From Mobula birostris (lineage: Eukaryota), in contig NC_092370.1 in assembly GCF_030028105.1 (NCBI RefSeq), positions 215,184,005 through 215,248,004 on the forward strand: a stretch of 64,000 bases of DNA, in the 5' to 3' direction. Below are positions 1 through 12,804 of this stretch, one piece after another. Below the pieces are notes generated by a model. It was not told the DNA's origin. It did no database searches and saw only the letters and a list, made by a program, of their open reading frames with translations. Every line of letters begins with the position of its first letter. The first letter of the stretch is position 1. The position numbers and the translations under genes are program-made.

Positions 1-238
1 TCTGGGCCCCAGAGCCCTGTCCGCTGCCGCCGCTGTCCAGGCTCTGCTCCGCCTCGAACACCGCCACCAGCAACACATCGTCATCCTCAACGTCCTCGAA
101 GCCATCCTGCGCGGCGGGAGCGGTCGCGTCTCCCGGCCGCAGTCTGCGCTCCGGCGGCCTCCTGTCAGAGCGGGGCTGCGATGCGCTCGGTTTGGTGCCC
201 CAGCTCTGGAATAGGGTCCGCTGCCGCCCGCCGCTCAT
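1..238 (-). CDS. FANCM: FANCM first coding exon (partial, continues off the left edge)
   Basis: Reverse complement from ATG at 238 reads MSGGRQRTLFQSWGTKPS...FEDVEDDDVLLVAVFEAEQSL, matching the FANCM N-terminus as I recall it (human MSGRQRTLFQTWG...DDDVLLVAAYEAERQL). Lies in a CpG island; synteny with FKBP3/PRPF39 agrees. Absent from the ORF track because there is no stop codon inside the window. Confidence 0.95.
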   Translation of the reverse strand, partial: MSGGRQRTLFQSWGTKPSASQPRSDRRPPERRLRPGDATAPAAQDGFEDVEDDDVLLVAVFEAEQSLDSGGSGQGSGAQ

Positions 239-450
239 TCGGAAAGCTGCTGCCAGCCGTCAAATTCAAACCCTCTACGCCGTTCAGCATCGTCCGCCGG
301 CGGCGGTCAACCACCGCTCGAATCCGGCGCCTTACGTGACGCGCCGGGGTCAAAGGGAGACCGCGCAACTCTGCCGTCGCCAGGGCTCCGGCGCCTCTCA
401 CTCCGCCGGTCTCCTTCCTCCTCTCTATTGCTTTTCTTTTAGGCGGTTGG
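239..450 (-). promoter_or_regulatory. CpG-island promoter/5'UTR of FANCM with a possible CHR element
   Basis: CpG-dense sequence from 1 to ~430, directly upstream of the ATG. TTTGAA on the minus strand at 265-270 matches the CHR consensus of cell-cycle genes (short motif, weak evidence). Confidence 0.55.
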
Positions 451-644
451 CAGACAGACTTTTTAAAAAGATGCATTACCGCCACCTACTGAAGTGGAGT
501 GTGAGAAGGATCAAGAGAGCGATTAAATTCCTACCATCACCACCCAAAATAAATACTGTAATGCTAATAACAATAACTAAATAAATACCCAAAACTATTG
601 ACTAGATCCTTTTTCACAATATACCCGTTTGCTGATAATACAAA

Positions 645-1340
645 TCAGAATCAAGTTTATCATCACTGATATATGATGTGAAATTTGTTGTTTTACAGCA
701 GCAGTACAGTACAAAGGTATAAATATATAAAAATTGCAAAAAAAATTAATGAGGTAGTGTTCATTGGTTCATGGACTGTTGGGAAATCTGATGGTAGACA
801 GAAAGAAACTGTTCCAGAATCGTTAAGTGTGGGGTTTCAGGCTTCTGTACTTCCTTCTTGATGGTAGTATTGAGAAAGGAGCATGTCATAAACGGTGAGG
901 ATCCTTAACAATGAATGCCTTCTTGGAGAGCCATCATTTGAAGATGTCCTCCATGATAGGAAGGGTTGTGCCCATGATGGAGTGGCTGAAGTCTGCAGCC
1001 CTCTGCGGCCTCTTGTGACCTTGGACACTGAAGGCTCCACACCAGACTGTGATGCAACCAGTCAGAATGCCTCCGCCATACATCTGTAGAAATTTGTAAG
1101 GGTCTTTAGTGACATACCAAAGCCCCTCATACTCCTTACAAAGTAGAGCCACTGGCGTGTCTTCTTCATGATTACACCAATGCATTGGCTCCAGGATAGA
1201 TCCTCTGAGGTGTTGACACCCAAAAGCTTGAAGCTGCTCAGCCTTTCCACCGCTGACCTTTCAGTGAGGACTAATGTCTGTTCTCCCAACTTCCCCATCC
1301 TGAAGTTCACAATCAGTTCTCTAGTCTTGCTGACTTACTT
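645..1340 (-). mobile_element. Rex1/Babar-type LINE 3' fragment
   Basis: Minus-strand frames give VERLSSFKLLGVNTSEDLSWSQ and LTNFYRC..., followed by the family's AT-rich tail. Confidence 0.75.
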
Positions 1341-1394
1341 GTTGAGTGTTAGGTGGCAGTGTGGGTGTGAGATAGAGTGGTGTCACAATAACAA

Positions 1395-1968
1395 CCAATG
1401 AACTGATTGTAGACATCAGGAAGGGAAGTAGAGGAAACACATATTATACCTCATTGAGGGATCAGCAGTGATCAGTTATAAGTTCCTGGGTGTCAACATC
1501 TCTAAAGATCTGTCCTGGGCCCAACATATTCATGCAATTACAAAGAAAGCACCACAGCAGCTATATTTCATTAGAAGTTAGAAGATACTTGATATGTCAC
1601 CAATGACCCACTCTAATGAGTGGCATCACCACCTGGTATGGAGGGGCCACTGCACAGGATCGGAGAAAACTGCAGCAAGTTGCAAACTCAGCCAGCTCCA
1701 TCAGGGACACTAGTTTCCCGAGCATTGAAGACATCTTCAAAAAGGCGATGCCTCAGAAATGCCACATCCATCATTCAGTACTCCTACCAACCGGGACATG
1801 CCCTTTTCTCACTGCTACCAGGGAGGAAGTACAGGAGCCTGAAGACACACTCATGATTTTAGGAACAGCTTCTTGTAATGTATATTTTTATTATTATGTA
1901 TTACAATGTATTGCCTCCACAAAACAACAAATTTCATACATATGTCAATGATATTAAACCTAATTGTG
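1395..1968 (+). mobile_element. Rex1/Babar-type LINE 3' fragment, inverted relative to 645-1340
   Basis: ITTWYGGATAQDRRKLQQV and PGHALFSLLPGRKYRSLKTH motifs, plus the same tail in the opposite orientation. Confidence 0.75.
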
Positions 1969-2872
1969 AAATGAGACTAGCACAGGCAGGTAACTTAGCA
2001 GACATGGATGAGTTAGGCCAAAGCTGTACAGCTCCATCACTCTGTTTCCCTCTTATCTACCCTACTAATTAGGTACTCAAAAACTGTTAGATTATAATTC
2101 ACCTGCTTGCACAGGACCCAGATTTATTTTTTTCCTATCTCAATCATGCAATTCCTGAGGCCCTTACAATCTGTTTTCTAGTACTCCCTTATTCCATATT
2201 TTGCCTCTTCATCAATTTTTTTCCATCAATTATTTGGCATTCTTAATGCTCTCACAATTCTTTACTAATTATTGACAGAATTAAAAGCCACTTTTACTAG
2301 CAACTGTTTATTTTGTCATGGATGGATCAATTGTGTCCATGAAATTTTTAATTTTTTAGCATACAATAACTGTGCAAACTGAATATTGACCATATACAGC
2401 ACATACTGTACATGTATATATACTGTAGCTAGGGTGTCTAAGACATTTGCACAGTACTGTGGTAATGTTCTGTATTACACTGCACTGCTGTCACAAAATA
2501 AAAACAAATTTCATGAGATATGTGAGTGATGATAAACCTGATTCTGATAAGGGTCTCTGTTGTGGACTGAGAGTGGGAAGGGGGCAGGGACAGGGGAATC
2601 ATGGCTGGGAAAAGAGGAAGGGAGAGGGGAAGGAGTGGGAAACAAGAGAAAGAGATTCTGTAATGATCAATAAATCAGTTGTTTCGAATTAAATGACCTT
2701 GCCGGGTGTCACAGGGCTGGGTGTATCTGCACCCGTACTACCCCCCCCAATCCCTAATGCTCCGCTCTGCCACCTGAACCACACCCCTCCCACAGCGCTC
2801 CACTCTCACCATTTTCAACATCCTTTGCTCCTGCAAGATTTACAAACTTATTCTTCACTCCATGTTGACAAA

Positions 2873-2948
2873 TAGAGTACTGTGCAAAAGTCTGAGGCAT
2901 GCTAGTTATATATACAGCATATGCCCAAGACTTTTGCACAGTACTATA
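2873..2948. mobile_element. Tc1-like mini inverted-repeat unit (end of a decayed non-autonomous element, ~2390-2948)
   Basis: agtactgtgcaaaagtct ... agacttttgcacagtact palindrome flanked by TA; a half copy at 2430-2460. Confidence 0.6.
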
Positions 2949-3424
2949 TAGTCTGCCCTGCCTCAGGCCTATGGTCATTATCTACTTGATTCCATCAAGC
3001 TTTGCTCCAGAAAAACATTTCAAATGCATTCTCTGATACATCTTTCAAGGTACATTGACAAATTTGATCTTCCCAGTATGGCATAGATACTGCACTGCAT
3101 ATCGTACCACCTCCTCTTATTTATAGTTTACAATAATTTTACCACTGTTTGAAAATACGCACTTAAAAACTACACTTCCAATGTTTATCGACTGTTGTCA
3201 TGTCCTCCCTACTGATTCTCATTTCAGTTCTTCTTAGTCAAGATCATTCCACTGCTTTTTTTCCCACCCTTTCTCTTTATGATTGCACCACTTCCTTCTT
3301 TCCTGACATCAGATAACCCGAAATACTAATTTCCTAACCTTGGTCATCATGTAACAAGACCTTATTAAGGCTGAAAGCATTGTGCCTAACAATTAGGTAA
3401 ATAAGTGCTTCTTCTAATACTATG

Positions 3425-4119
3425 TGTAGCCCCCCTGGCCACCCTCAGGGTCGCTCGGCTCGCTGTCGTCTAGGGAAACAGCCTCAGCCCCGCCAAACTG
3501 GATAATTCGTTTGTGTAGATGCTGTGTGAGGTACCCCACCCCGCCCAAATAACAGACAATACACCAGATGCAATTAAATGATTTACAGTTTATAGATATT
3601 ACTGGAACTATATAATTAAAAGAGAATAAAATATAAAAGGAAAATAAAAGGCGCCACACTTATCAAAGTTCAATTTCTTCGTGCACAAAAACCGTTGGAG
3701 CTCAAGGACCTTCTTCTTCACCCTGCGACCCCCTCGGACCACCTCAACCAGCCGCCTGGGACCAACAATGGTGGTCGACCAGATGCTCCACACGAGTCCG
3801 TCTCCGTCTCCTTGCCCAACGTCCCGCTCGGGGTCCTACCCCGTTAGCGGACTCACAGCACCTCGTCCATCCTCTGTCTCGCTCTCCCGCCTTCTGCCCC
3901 AAAACCCCGCGCATACAGTATCTTCAAATAAACCAAAACCATAACAACTATCCTAATTGGTTAATAGCACTCCCTTATCAGACTCTAAAGCAAAAACAAG
4001 CCGCTAGTGCAAACTTTCTCAACGTTTAACACAACAAAGCCGCATTCCCTAGATTAACATAACAAAGACGCCATTTTAATTAGCCTCTGCAGTAACATAA
4101 AAGTCGAAACCCCCTTACA
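3425..4119 (-). mobile_element. Solo LTR (Gypsy-type), 695 bp
   Basis: TGTA...TACA termini; exact 4-bp TSD TATG (3421-3424 / 4120-4123); CpG retained; no coding capacity. Orientation is inferred. Confidence 0.75.
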
Positions 4120-6084
4120 TATGTTTGTAGGTCAGGGTCAAATCTTTTACTGTCCAGAGCATTTTTTTCTCATTGTATATTTGTTATCCAAATGCCATTC
4201 CACGTAGGCCTGTAGGCTTTGCCCAAATTTTAACCTTACTGTTTTATTTACTCCTTCTTTGTTGCACAAACATAAAACTTCCTGTCACATTCAACATATC
4301 ACTTTCAGCCGGCTTTGCCCTAATTCCAAAACTTTCACTACCTTATTTAATTTAAAGCTTTATCTACAGTCTTTGTGTGATTTACCAGAAGGTAGGCCCC
4401 AGCTGGCTTAAGTGGAACCTATCAAAATGGAATGGTTCCTTGTTTCCTTGATATTATGAATTGTATAACCCTTTCTCCCACACAATCATCCACTATATAT
4501 TTTGTCATCTTGAATGTGGCTCTGCTAGAAATTGAGTGTTGGATCATGCTGGCCCCATGCACGAATGCTCTTACCTTGTCCCTTCACTCTTTGGATTCCA
4601 ATAATGTGACCAGGTGGTGAATGTAAACTGCAGAGGCCCTCCCTTGAAACCTTGCAAAGCTGGGAGACAGAGGGAGAGAGGACAGCCGGGGCTTTTCATA
4701 GTTATTTTCATAGTTAAAATATCTTTCAAAATGTTGAGAGACATTTAGCATGATTAAAATGAAGAAAATAATCCATAAACTAAAATCACTTGAAGTACGA
4801 AAAACGATGTTAAATAAAACACAAATAATTTTTAAAAATTAAACTGAAGCAAAATAAATTTTAAATCATAAATATTCTTACCTCTTTACCCTGTGAGTTG
4901 GTTAAAATTTTGGTAGCTGCACAGGATCCAAATGGCCTTTTCCCCAGCAAACGCTGGTCTCCCCTGCTGTTCAACATGTATTCAGCCGTGCAGAGTCAAT
5001 AAGAGGTGTTAGAAAGACCATTGATATCCCATTCAGCAAAGTAGACATCAAATCAGATTCTGCTCCTTGACTGATGCCACAGTTTGACTTTCTGTATCTT
5101 TCAAACAGGTGAATAGTCACACCTTATTTCCACTGTGGGACAGTCTAAACATAAAGGGTACAGGTTTAAAGTGAGAGATGAGAAATTTAAAGGGAATCCA
5201 AGGAGCAGCATTTTCTGACAGAGGTTGGTGGGTAAATGCAGCTGCCAGTGGAAGTGGTAAAGACATGCATAACATTTAAAAAAATATTCAGATGGGTACC
5301 TGGATAGGAAAGCTTTAGAGCAGGACAGGCCAAATTCAGACAAATGGGACTAGCTCAGGTGGCTGACGTGGTCAGTATGGATGAGTTGGGCTGAAGAGCC
5401 ATTCTCCATGCTGAATAACTCTATAAATCTAAGTGCTAGAGTTACAAGAACAAATTACCCTTGTGAAGGCTGATACAACTTGTATACGCAGAAACTGACC
5501 TTACCCAAAATACTATTATGCATTATTTAACATTCACCCATGCACAGTATGTTTATTGGATTGGGCATACAAGTCATTGGAATATCTCCCTTTTCCTGAC
5601 ATACATAACATAACTCTCGAGAGGGTGCACTGAATGGGTTCAGAGAACATCTTGTGGATCATTTAGCTCAATGTGCAGTGAAAGTAGCTTGTATCTTCAG
5701 TAGAATAAATACCTTTTGTCAATGCTCCTGTACTGATTAATTATTACAACAAGCAGAGCTTAGCAGAACCCCAGCAGTAGCTGAAATCTACCTTCCCTGC
5801 TTTGAGGCAAGTTAAACCCATCTTCTACACATTTTCAAAATCCAACATCCCCGTTACCTTTCCGGCAAATCACTACACACTCCCTAAGGCCAAAATATTG
5901 TTCTAGCCTTTATTAAATATATTAAATATAGCAGTCCAAGAAGTGTTTTAATAAATATTATATTCTTAGTGACTATTCATAAAGACAAGAATTCCACATG
6001 CCATTTTACCAATCTTCTCAGTTTATCTTGTTACACTCAAAGAGGTGCCCATTTACATTTCTGCCATTTACATCAGAAGGGTCA

Positions 6085-7120
6085 GAGAGTCATAGAGCAC
6101 TGCAGCACAGAAACAGGCCTTTAGGCCCATCTAGTCTGTGTTGAACTATTATTCTACCTAGCCCCATCGATCCACACCCGGACTGTAGCATCCAACCCCT
6201 CCCATCCCTGTACCTATCCAAATTACTCTAAAGTGTTGAAATTGAAGCTGCATCCATCAATTCTACTGGCAGCTCGTTCCACGCTCTCACCACCCTCTGA
6301 ATGAAGGAATTCCTCCTCAGGTTCCCCTTAAATATTTCATCTTTCACCCTTAACCAATCAGCTCTAGTTCTAGTCACACCTCCATGGAAAAAAAGCCTGT
6401 TTGCATTTACCCAATCTATACTCCTCATAATTTTGTATACCTCAATCAAATCTCCCCTCATTCTCCTATACTCCAAGGAATAAAGTCCTAATCCATTCCT
6501 ATAACTCAGGTCCTGAAGTTGGGACAACACCCTTGTAGGTAGGTGATCAGAACTGCACATAATACTCCAAATTAAGCCTCACCAATGCCCTATAACATAA
6601 CATCCCCACTCTTGTACTCAGTACTTTAATTTATGAAGACCAATGTACTAAAAGCTCTACTTACCACCCTATCTACCCGTGACACCACTTGCAAGGAATT
6701 AGGAATCTGTATTCCAAGAGTGCCCTCCTGTTCACTGGGTAAGTCCTACACTGGTTTGTCCTCCAAAAGAGCAACTCTTCACATTTGTCAGCATTAAATT
6801 CCATCTGTCACTTTTCACTACCTGGTCCAGTTCACCCTGCAGGCTTTGTTAGCCTTTCTTGCTGTCCACTATGGTGTCCACTTGGTGTCATTCACAAATT
6901 TGCTGTTCCAGTTTACCACATAATCACTCCAGATCGTTCATATTGAAGGCAAACAATAATGGGCCCAGCACCAATTCCTGCCGCACACCACTAGTCACAG
7001 ACCTGCAGTCGGAGGGGCAACCACCTACCACCACTCTCGGGCTTCTCCCACTAAGCCAATATCGAATCCAATTTACTACCTCATCCTGAATGCCAAGCAA
7101 TTAAACCTTCTTGACCAGTC
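6085..7120 (-). mobile_element. CR1 LINE 3' fragment
   Basis: LGLYSLEYRRMRGDLIEVYKIM...FIQRVVRAWNELP C-terminal motif and CR1 3' tail. Confidence 0.85.
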
Positions 7121-7264
7121 TTTAAAAAACTTGAAGAATTTTCTGATTAAGATCTTCTAACAAAAAAATTATACACGATTAAAACAAAATACTTTCCAAT
7201 GTGAGAAATAAATTATCGTAATTCTTTTCCAAAAGTTCAGCAATGTGATTCCATTTAAATAACA

Positions 7265-7495
7265 AAGTTAAACATTAATAATTAATAGAAAAAAAGAGGT
7301 TTTGCAAACTAAGCATGTGTATCAAGTAAATAACATTACTGTTGACTTTCTATCAGTGACCTCCCTACCGAGACCCTAAAGTCCAACTATTTCACAACTG
7401 TTTATATATTTAAATTAAAAACAAGAGAGCGAAAAATCACAAATACCACATTGGCTCTGAGAAGAATAGCTAAAAGGTGGACCTGGAAACTATTG
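7265..7495 (+). promoter_or_regulatory. Candidate liver-type promoter and non-coding exon 1 of the serpin
   Basis: HNF1-like ATTAATAATTAAT 7274-7286; FOXA-like AAGTAAATAA and TGTTGACT 7324-7347; HNF4-like TAAAGTCCA 7377-7385; TATATA 7403-7408; possible donors TG|GTAAAG at 7496 and CAG|GTATGC at 7714. The region is AT-rich, so chance matches are possible. Confidence 0.3.
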
Positions 7496-9836
7496 GTAAA
7501 GTATCAGTAAAATATTTTGTTAAGCAGTGGTTTATTTCAAGAAGTTATGAAGAGTTATTTTTGAACAGCTTTAAAATGAATATTGTTCATATTATTGGGA
7601 ACCATAATCACTGATTCGCTCAGTTTAGAGCTAATCATTCAAAAATCATTTTTTATCAATCTATGCAAGAATTTGTGCTTATTTACTTCACTAAACAGAA
7701 GGCGATATTGCAGGTATGCAAAAAAATTGTCCAAAGCATGATTATCATGATTTGATAATCATGAGCAGAAACAGTTTAAAGAAATTCCAAAAATAATACC
7801 ATGAGCTGCAAAACTACAGGATGGCGAATAGGGTTGTCATCATACTCTGCCCTAACTATTTGTTTAATTGAACTTATCATGCAATGGGAGAAAAATGAAT
7901 GCCATCGTGTGAAAAATGGTGTGTGTTTGTGTGAGTATGTCATCGGTGGTTTGATGTTAGGTTGCACTGAGATATTGAATTGGATCTTACGACTAAGGAT
8001 GTTTTTTTCCCACTTTGTAGTTTTTGTTTCACAGCTTACTGGGGAAGTAATGGAGATTGAATGTATCCTGCATCCAGTTGAACAGAGTAAATTTAGGACC
8101 CACACTTTTAGGATGTACAGTATGAGATAGAACATTGTAATTCTGCATCCTTTGCAACCGTGGAGTACAGAATCTTACTAATTGGGCTAGGTGTTACTCA
8201 AACAGAGCAACAGACTGCGTTACTGATAGAATTGCTGGAAATCCAATTGCCAATGTACAGTATAGACAATGGGGAAATTCTAGATGGTGAATCACAACTA
8301 AGGATGTATTTGAGTGGGATTTAAGTATTGAGAGGTAGTGTAGCAATAAATGAAAGGTGATTAGAGCACAAGGCTTCAATGTTAAATTAGGCAGAGAAAG
8401 ATAAATAATGAAAGTTGAATAAGTCAGTGAAGTAAGAAAACAAGAGTTAAATTTAAATTCTGATGTTTCAAAAATATTCTCAAGCATTTCACAATCTTAA
8501 AGATTAAAATCATATATTTGTACATGTTCCCTTTTTGAAAAAGTAACTGATTGCCTGCGCATTCACACTTATAACCCTTTTAGAATAATACATTTACTGT
8601 TTATAAACACAAGAGATTCTGCAGATGCTGGAAATCTTGAACAACACATATAAAATGCTGGAAGAACTCAACAATTCAGACAACATCTATGGAGGGAAAT
8701 AATGATCCTTTATCATAAGGGGAAAGATGCTGGAATAAGAAGATGGGGGAGGGGAGGGGAAGGAGTTCAAACTGGCAGGTGATAGATGAGGGGGATGAAG
8801 TGAGAAGCTGGGAGAGAATAGGTGGAAGAGGTAAAGGGTGAATGTGGAAGGAATCTAATAGAATTTGAGATCCACTGAAGAATCAGAATAAAATGCTGAT
8901 TTTGAATTATAATTTACTCAGCAATTTGTGGTGAATCACATTTCACAAAGCATCTCTTCCTCACCTCAGTAGCCTGCTAATTTGCATGATGTTGGTGGTC
9001 TGGATCATACTTGCTCTAGCCCTTGCTTGAATACTCCATTCCTGCATGTCCTGCAAATCCACTTACTTTTAGCAGCCATGTGGTTCCCTTGAAAATCTTG
9101 AGGGCTTTCCTTCAATGGAATAATGGAATGATCTGTGAGCAGCAACTGGGCCTCAGATGGTGGACCCTGAAACTCTACCCCTGAAATGTCACGGTGGCCT
9201 GTTGAGACCTTGTGCTGTCAAAGGCCCTTGTTAGTTACTTCTAAATGGTATCAATATATTGAAACAATAAATTAAAATAAAACAGTGTATTTTTTGACAA
9301 AATGATTAAAATGGAGATTAAGATGAGACCACTCATGGGCAGAGCACACTAGCCGCTAGGAACACTTCAACCATTGCTCACCACCTACCCACCCACTTAA
9401 ACCAATGCCAAGATGAATAAGATCACTTTAACCACTTCAGACAAGGCAGGTTAACAATGGCATTAAGAACCCCACCATCCACAGCATGCTATCTTCTGAT
9501 TAATACAATCGGGAGAGAGGTATAGGTGCCTGAAAACACACAGTCAATGTTTCAGGAACAGCATCTTCCCCTCTGCCATCAGATTTCTGAACTATCAATG
9601 AACCATAAGCACTATATCACTATGTTGTTCTCTTTATGCACTACTTTTTATATTTCTTATTGTAATGTATTTTTTGCACTGTACTACTGATGCAAAATGA
9701 CAAATTTCACAACATAATCTAAGAAATATAATTTAAACACAATCCAAGAAATATAATTTACAAAGAAGGCAGAAGAAAATATATTAAAATAATCAAATTT
9801 CCTTTTATTTGAAATAGGAATCAACTGGAGGAAACT

Positions 9837-10455
9837 ATGATGCCATTAGTGATTTTGCTATTAATCATTACCTTATTAACTGGGACAGAAGCTTCTACAG
9901 TAAAGAAGAAACGTCATGAGAATTATGAAGAAAATATTCAGGGACATGGTGAAGTTTCTTCAGCAAATGTCGATTTTGCTTTCAGTCTCTATAAGGAAGT
10001 TGCTAACCGGAGCTCCTCAAATATCCTCCTCTCACCTTTGAGCATTTCCACGGCTTTAGCCATGCTGTCTCTGGGAACCAGGTCGGCAACTCAAAAACAG
10101 CTTTTAAAGGTACTTCACTTTAAAAATATGACACAGGAACGAATAGTACAAATGAGCAGAGGATACCAGCAACTCCTACAGGCCCTGACTGCAGAAAACA
10201 GAGAGATGCAGTTGCTTATAGGAAACTCTCTTCATATTCAAAAGGGATTTGATGTATTACCAAGGTTTCTAAATGAAACCAAGAAGTTTTACAATGCAGA
10301 AGTTTTTACCTTAGATTTTAAGGATGATCCTCAGAATGCCAGACAACAATTGAATGATTACCTTAAAAAGAAGACAAAGGGGAAAATTAAAGAGATGTTT
10401 TCCACAATTAACCCTTCAACTAAACTATTGCTTATTAACTACATCTTTTTTAAAG
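9837..10455 (+). CDS. Clade A (alpha-1-antitrypsin-like) serpin, coding exon 1
   Basis: Signal peptide MMPLVILLLIITLLTGTEA; motifs NVDFAFSLY, NILLSPLSISTALAMLSLG, LLINYIFFK. Acceptor tag|G at 9818; donor G|gtaag at 10456 (phase 1, V2 position 192a). Confidence 0.95.
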
Positions 10456-10634
10456 GTAAGTCAAATATAGTATTTTAATATTATACATGCCATTTGTTAA
10501 CTATACTTTCAGAAGTTCTTTGACATTACAATATGACCATTATAAATAATTTTATTAGAAATTTGATACAGAAATTTCAGGCAACAAAATCTGCTCAATA
10601 ATTCCAACCATGGAGTGATTGATAGTTGGATAAA

Positions 10635-11290
10635 TAGATAGATACTTTATTGATCCCAAAGGAAATTACAGTGTCACAGTAGCATTACAAGTGCACAGAT
10701 ATAAATATTAGAAGAGAAGTAGAAAGAATAAAAAATAAACTAAAACAATCGAATAGGAAGGGGGTCATCACTTCCCGGCTATAGGTTGACTCATTATAGA
10801 GCTTAAAGGATGAGGGTAAGAATGACTTCATACAGCACTCTTTGCAGCAGCATATATGTCTTAGTCGATTACTAAAAGTACTCCTTTGTTCAGCCAAGGT
10901 GGCATACAGAGGGTGAGAAACATTGTCCAGAATTGCCAGGATTTTCCATAGGGTCCTATGTTCTACCACAGCCTCCAGTGTGTTAGAGGCAACTCTGGCC
11001 CTTCTTGTACACAGCCTTCGTTTTGGTGCTCCACTCAAGTCTGTCATCCAGGTGCATCCCAGGTACTTGAGCTCCTCACCACATCCACATCCTCACTACC
11101 AATAGTAACAGGGAACAGTACAGGCTTAGTCTTCCTAAAGTCCATCACCATCTTCTTTGTCTTACTGATTTTGAGCTGATGATTCAGCTTGCACCATTTA
11201 ACAAAGTCCTCCACCAGGGCCCAGTATTCATCCTCCTGTCTTCCCTTAATACACCCAATTATTGCTGAGTCAGACCCTGACTGCCCCACA
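10635..11290 (-). mobile_element. Rex1/Babar LINE 3' fragment in serpin intron
   Basis: FVKWCKLNHQLKISKTKKMVMDFRK and ILDNVSHPL...SFLPS motifs. Confidence 0.75.
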
Positions 11291-11689
11291 CCTAACTGGC
11301 AGGGTCACTCTTCTATTACTAAAGATGTGGGTTAAATACTTTACATCCCTTTACTATTATGCCCCTTTAATAACCAAATTCCTATTCGGCTTTCGACTTT
11401 TTTCTTTGAAACTCTACCTTCTCACCTTTCCCACCCCCATCCTGACTACAATACTTATTATCCAACTTGCAAGTATAATAGATCCAGCCCAAGTTCAGCC
11501 AAGCCATTCTTAAAGGAGTAGTTCCTTAATTCCCCCAATAAAATATGCAAGAGATGGTCAATCAAAATGCCTCTCTCCCACGCAAATCCTTTCAGCCATG
11601 CATATGCTGTGCAACAATCAAACTTGAGCTAATGTACAAACAGCATAAATTACTAACCATTACAGTTCTACCTTTTAATTCTTGACATC

Positions 11690-12345
11690 TTCTCCAACAA
11701 ATGGAGCCATGATAGAGTCCAATCCTACTCCATTTTCTATCAACAACCAGGTCATTGCACAATGTCAGATCTCCTCATCTGTCTAAGTCTTTCTGCAGCC
11801 TTCCTATTTCCTCAACTCTACATGCCCCTCCACCAATCTTCTTATCATTTGCAAACCTGGCAACAAAGCTATCTATTCCATCATCTAAATCATTGATATA
11901 CAGCATAAAGAGAAGTGGTCCCAACACCAACCTCTGCGGAACACCAGTAGTCACTGGTAGTCAACCAGAAAAGGATCCTTTTATTCCCATTCACTGTCTC
12001 CTACTAATCAACCAATATTCTAACCATGTTTGTAACTTTCCTGTAATACCATTGGCTCTTAACTTGGTAAGCAGCTTCATGTACAGCACCTCATCAAAGG
12101 CCTTCTGAAAATCCAAATATACAACATCCAGTACATCCCCTTTATCTATACTACCTGTAATCTCCTCAAAGAATTCCAATAGGTTCATCAGGCAAGATTT
12201 TCCCTTAAGGAAACCATGCTGACTTTGTCCTCTCTTGTCCTGTGTACCAAGTACTCGATAACCTCATGCTTAACAATTGACTCCAACATCTTCCCAACCA
12301 CTGAGGTCAGGAACATTGGTCAATAATTGCCTTTCTGTTGCTTCC
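11690..12345 (-). mobile_element. CR1 RT fragment in serpin intron
   Basis: NLLEFFEEIT...DVVYLDFQKAFD motif. Confidence 0.8.
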
Positions 12346-12417
12346 CTCAAAAAGAAAACTCTCATGCTTTTCGGATCAGTCACTGAGAATGAACTCTGTT
12401 TTATTTATGTTTGACAG

Positions 12418-12691
12418 GAAAATGGAAGGAACCATTTGATACAGCGCATACTCAAGAAGCAATTTTTAATGTAAATAAAACCACAAAGGTAAAGATTCAA
12501 CTGATGTTCCAGGAGAGTCAGTTAAATAAGATAAACGACTATGAACTTTCCAGCATTGTAATCAAACTTCCTTATTTTGGAAATGCATCCATGATTGCCA
12601 TCCTGCCAGCAGAAGCACAACTAGAATACGTAGAACAAAACCTTTCCAGAGAAAAATTTGAAGAGTGGCGTCAAAAATTGTCTAACAGCAA
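12418..12691 (+). CDS. Serpin coding exon 2
   Basis: cag|GA AAA TGG gives GKWKEPFD...KLPYFGNASMIAILP...WRQKLSNS; donor AA|gtaatt (phase 2, 282b). Confidence 0.93.
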
Positions 12692-12804
12692 GTAATTAAA
12701 AACTAATTCCCAAAAGTCAGTTTAATTTATCATACCTGTAAAACTGCAGTTTGATTGAAAATAATGTGTTTTCTTTCTCCCTTGTTCGATATTTTGTGGA
12801 ACAG

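Noticed and set aside
165-584. ORF-track entries 165..485 (-) and 192..584 (+)
   Set aside because: Chance ORFs in a GC-rich CpG island; the real frame is FANCM starting at 238 on the minus strand.
7776-8487. Overlapping 97-119 aa ORFs upstream of the serpin
   Set aside because: No recognisable domain or splice support; composition looks like decayed repeat or intronic DNA.
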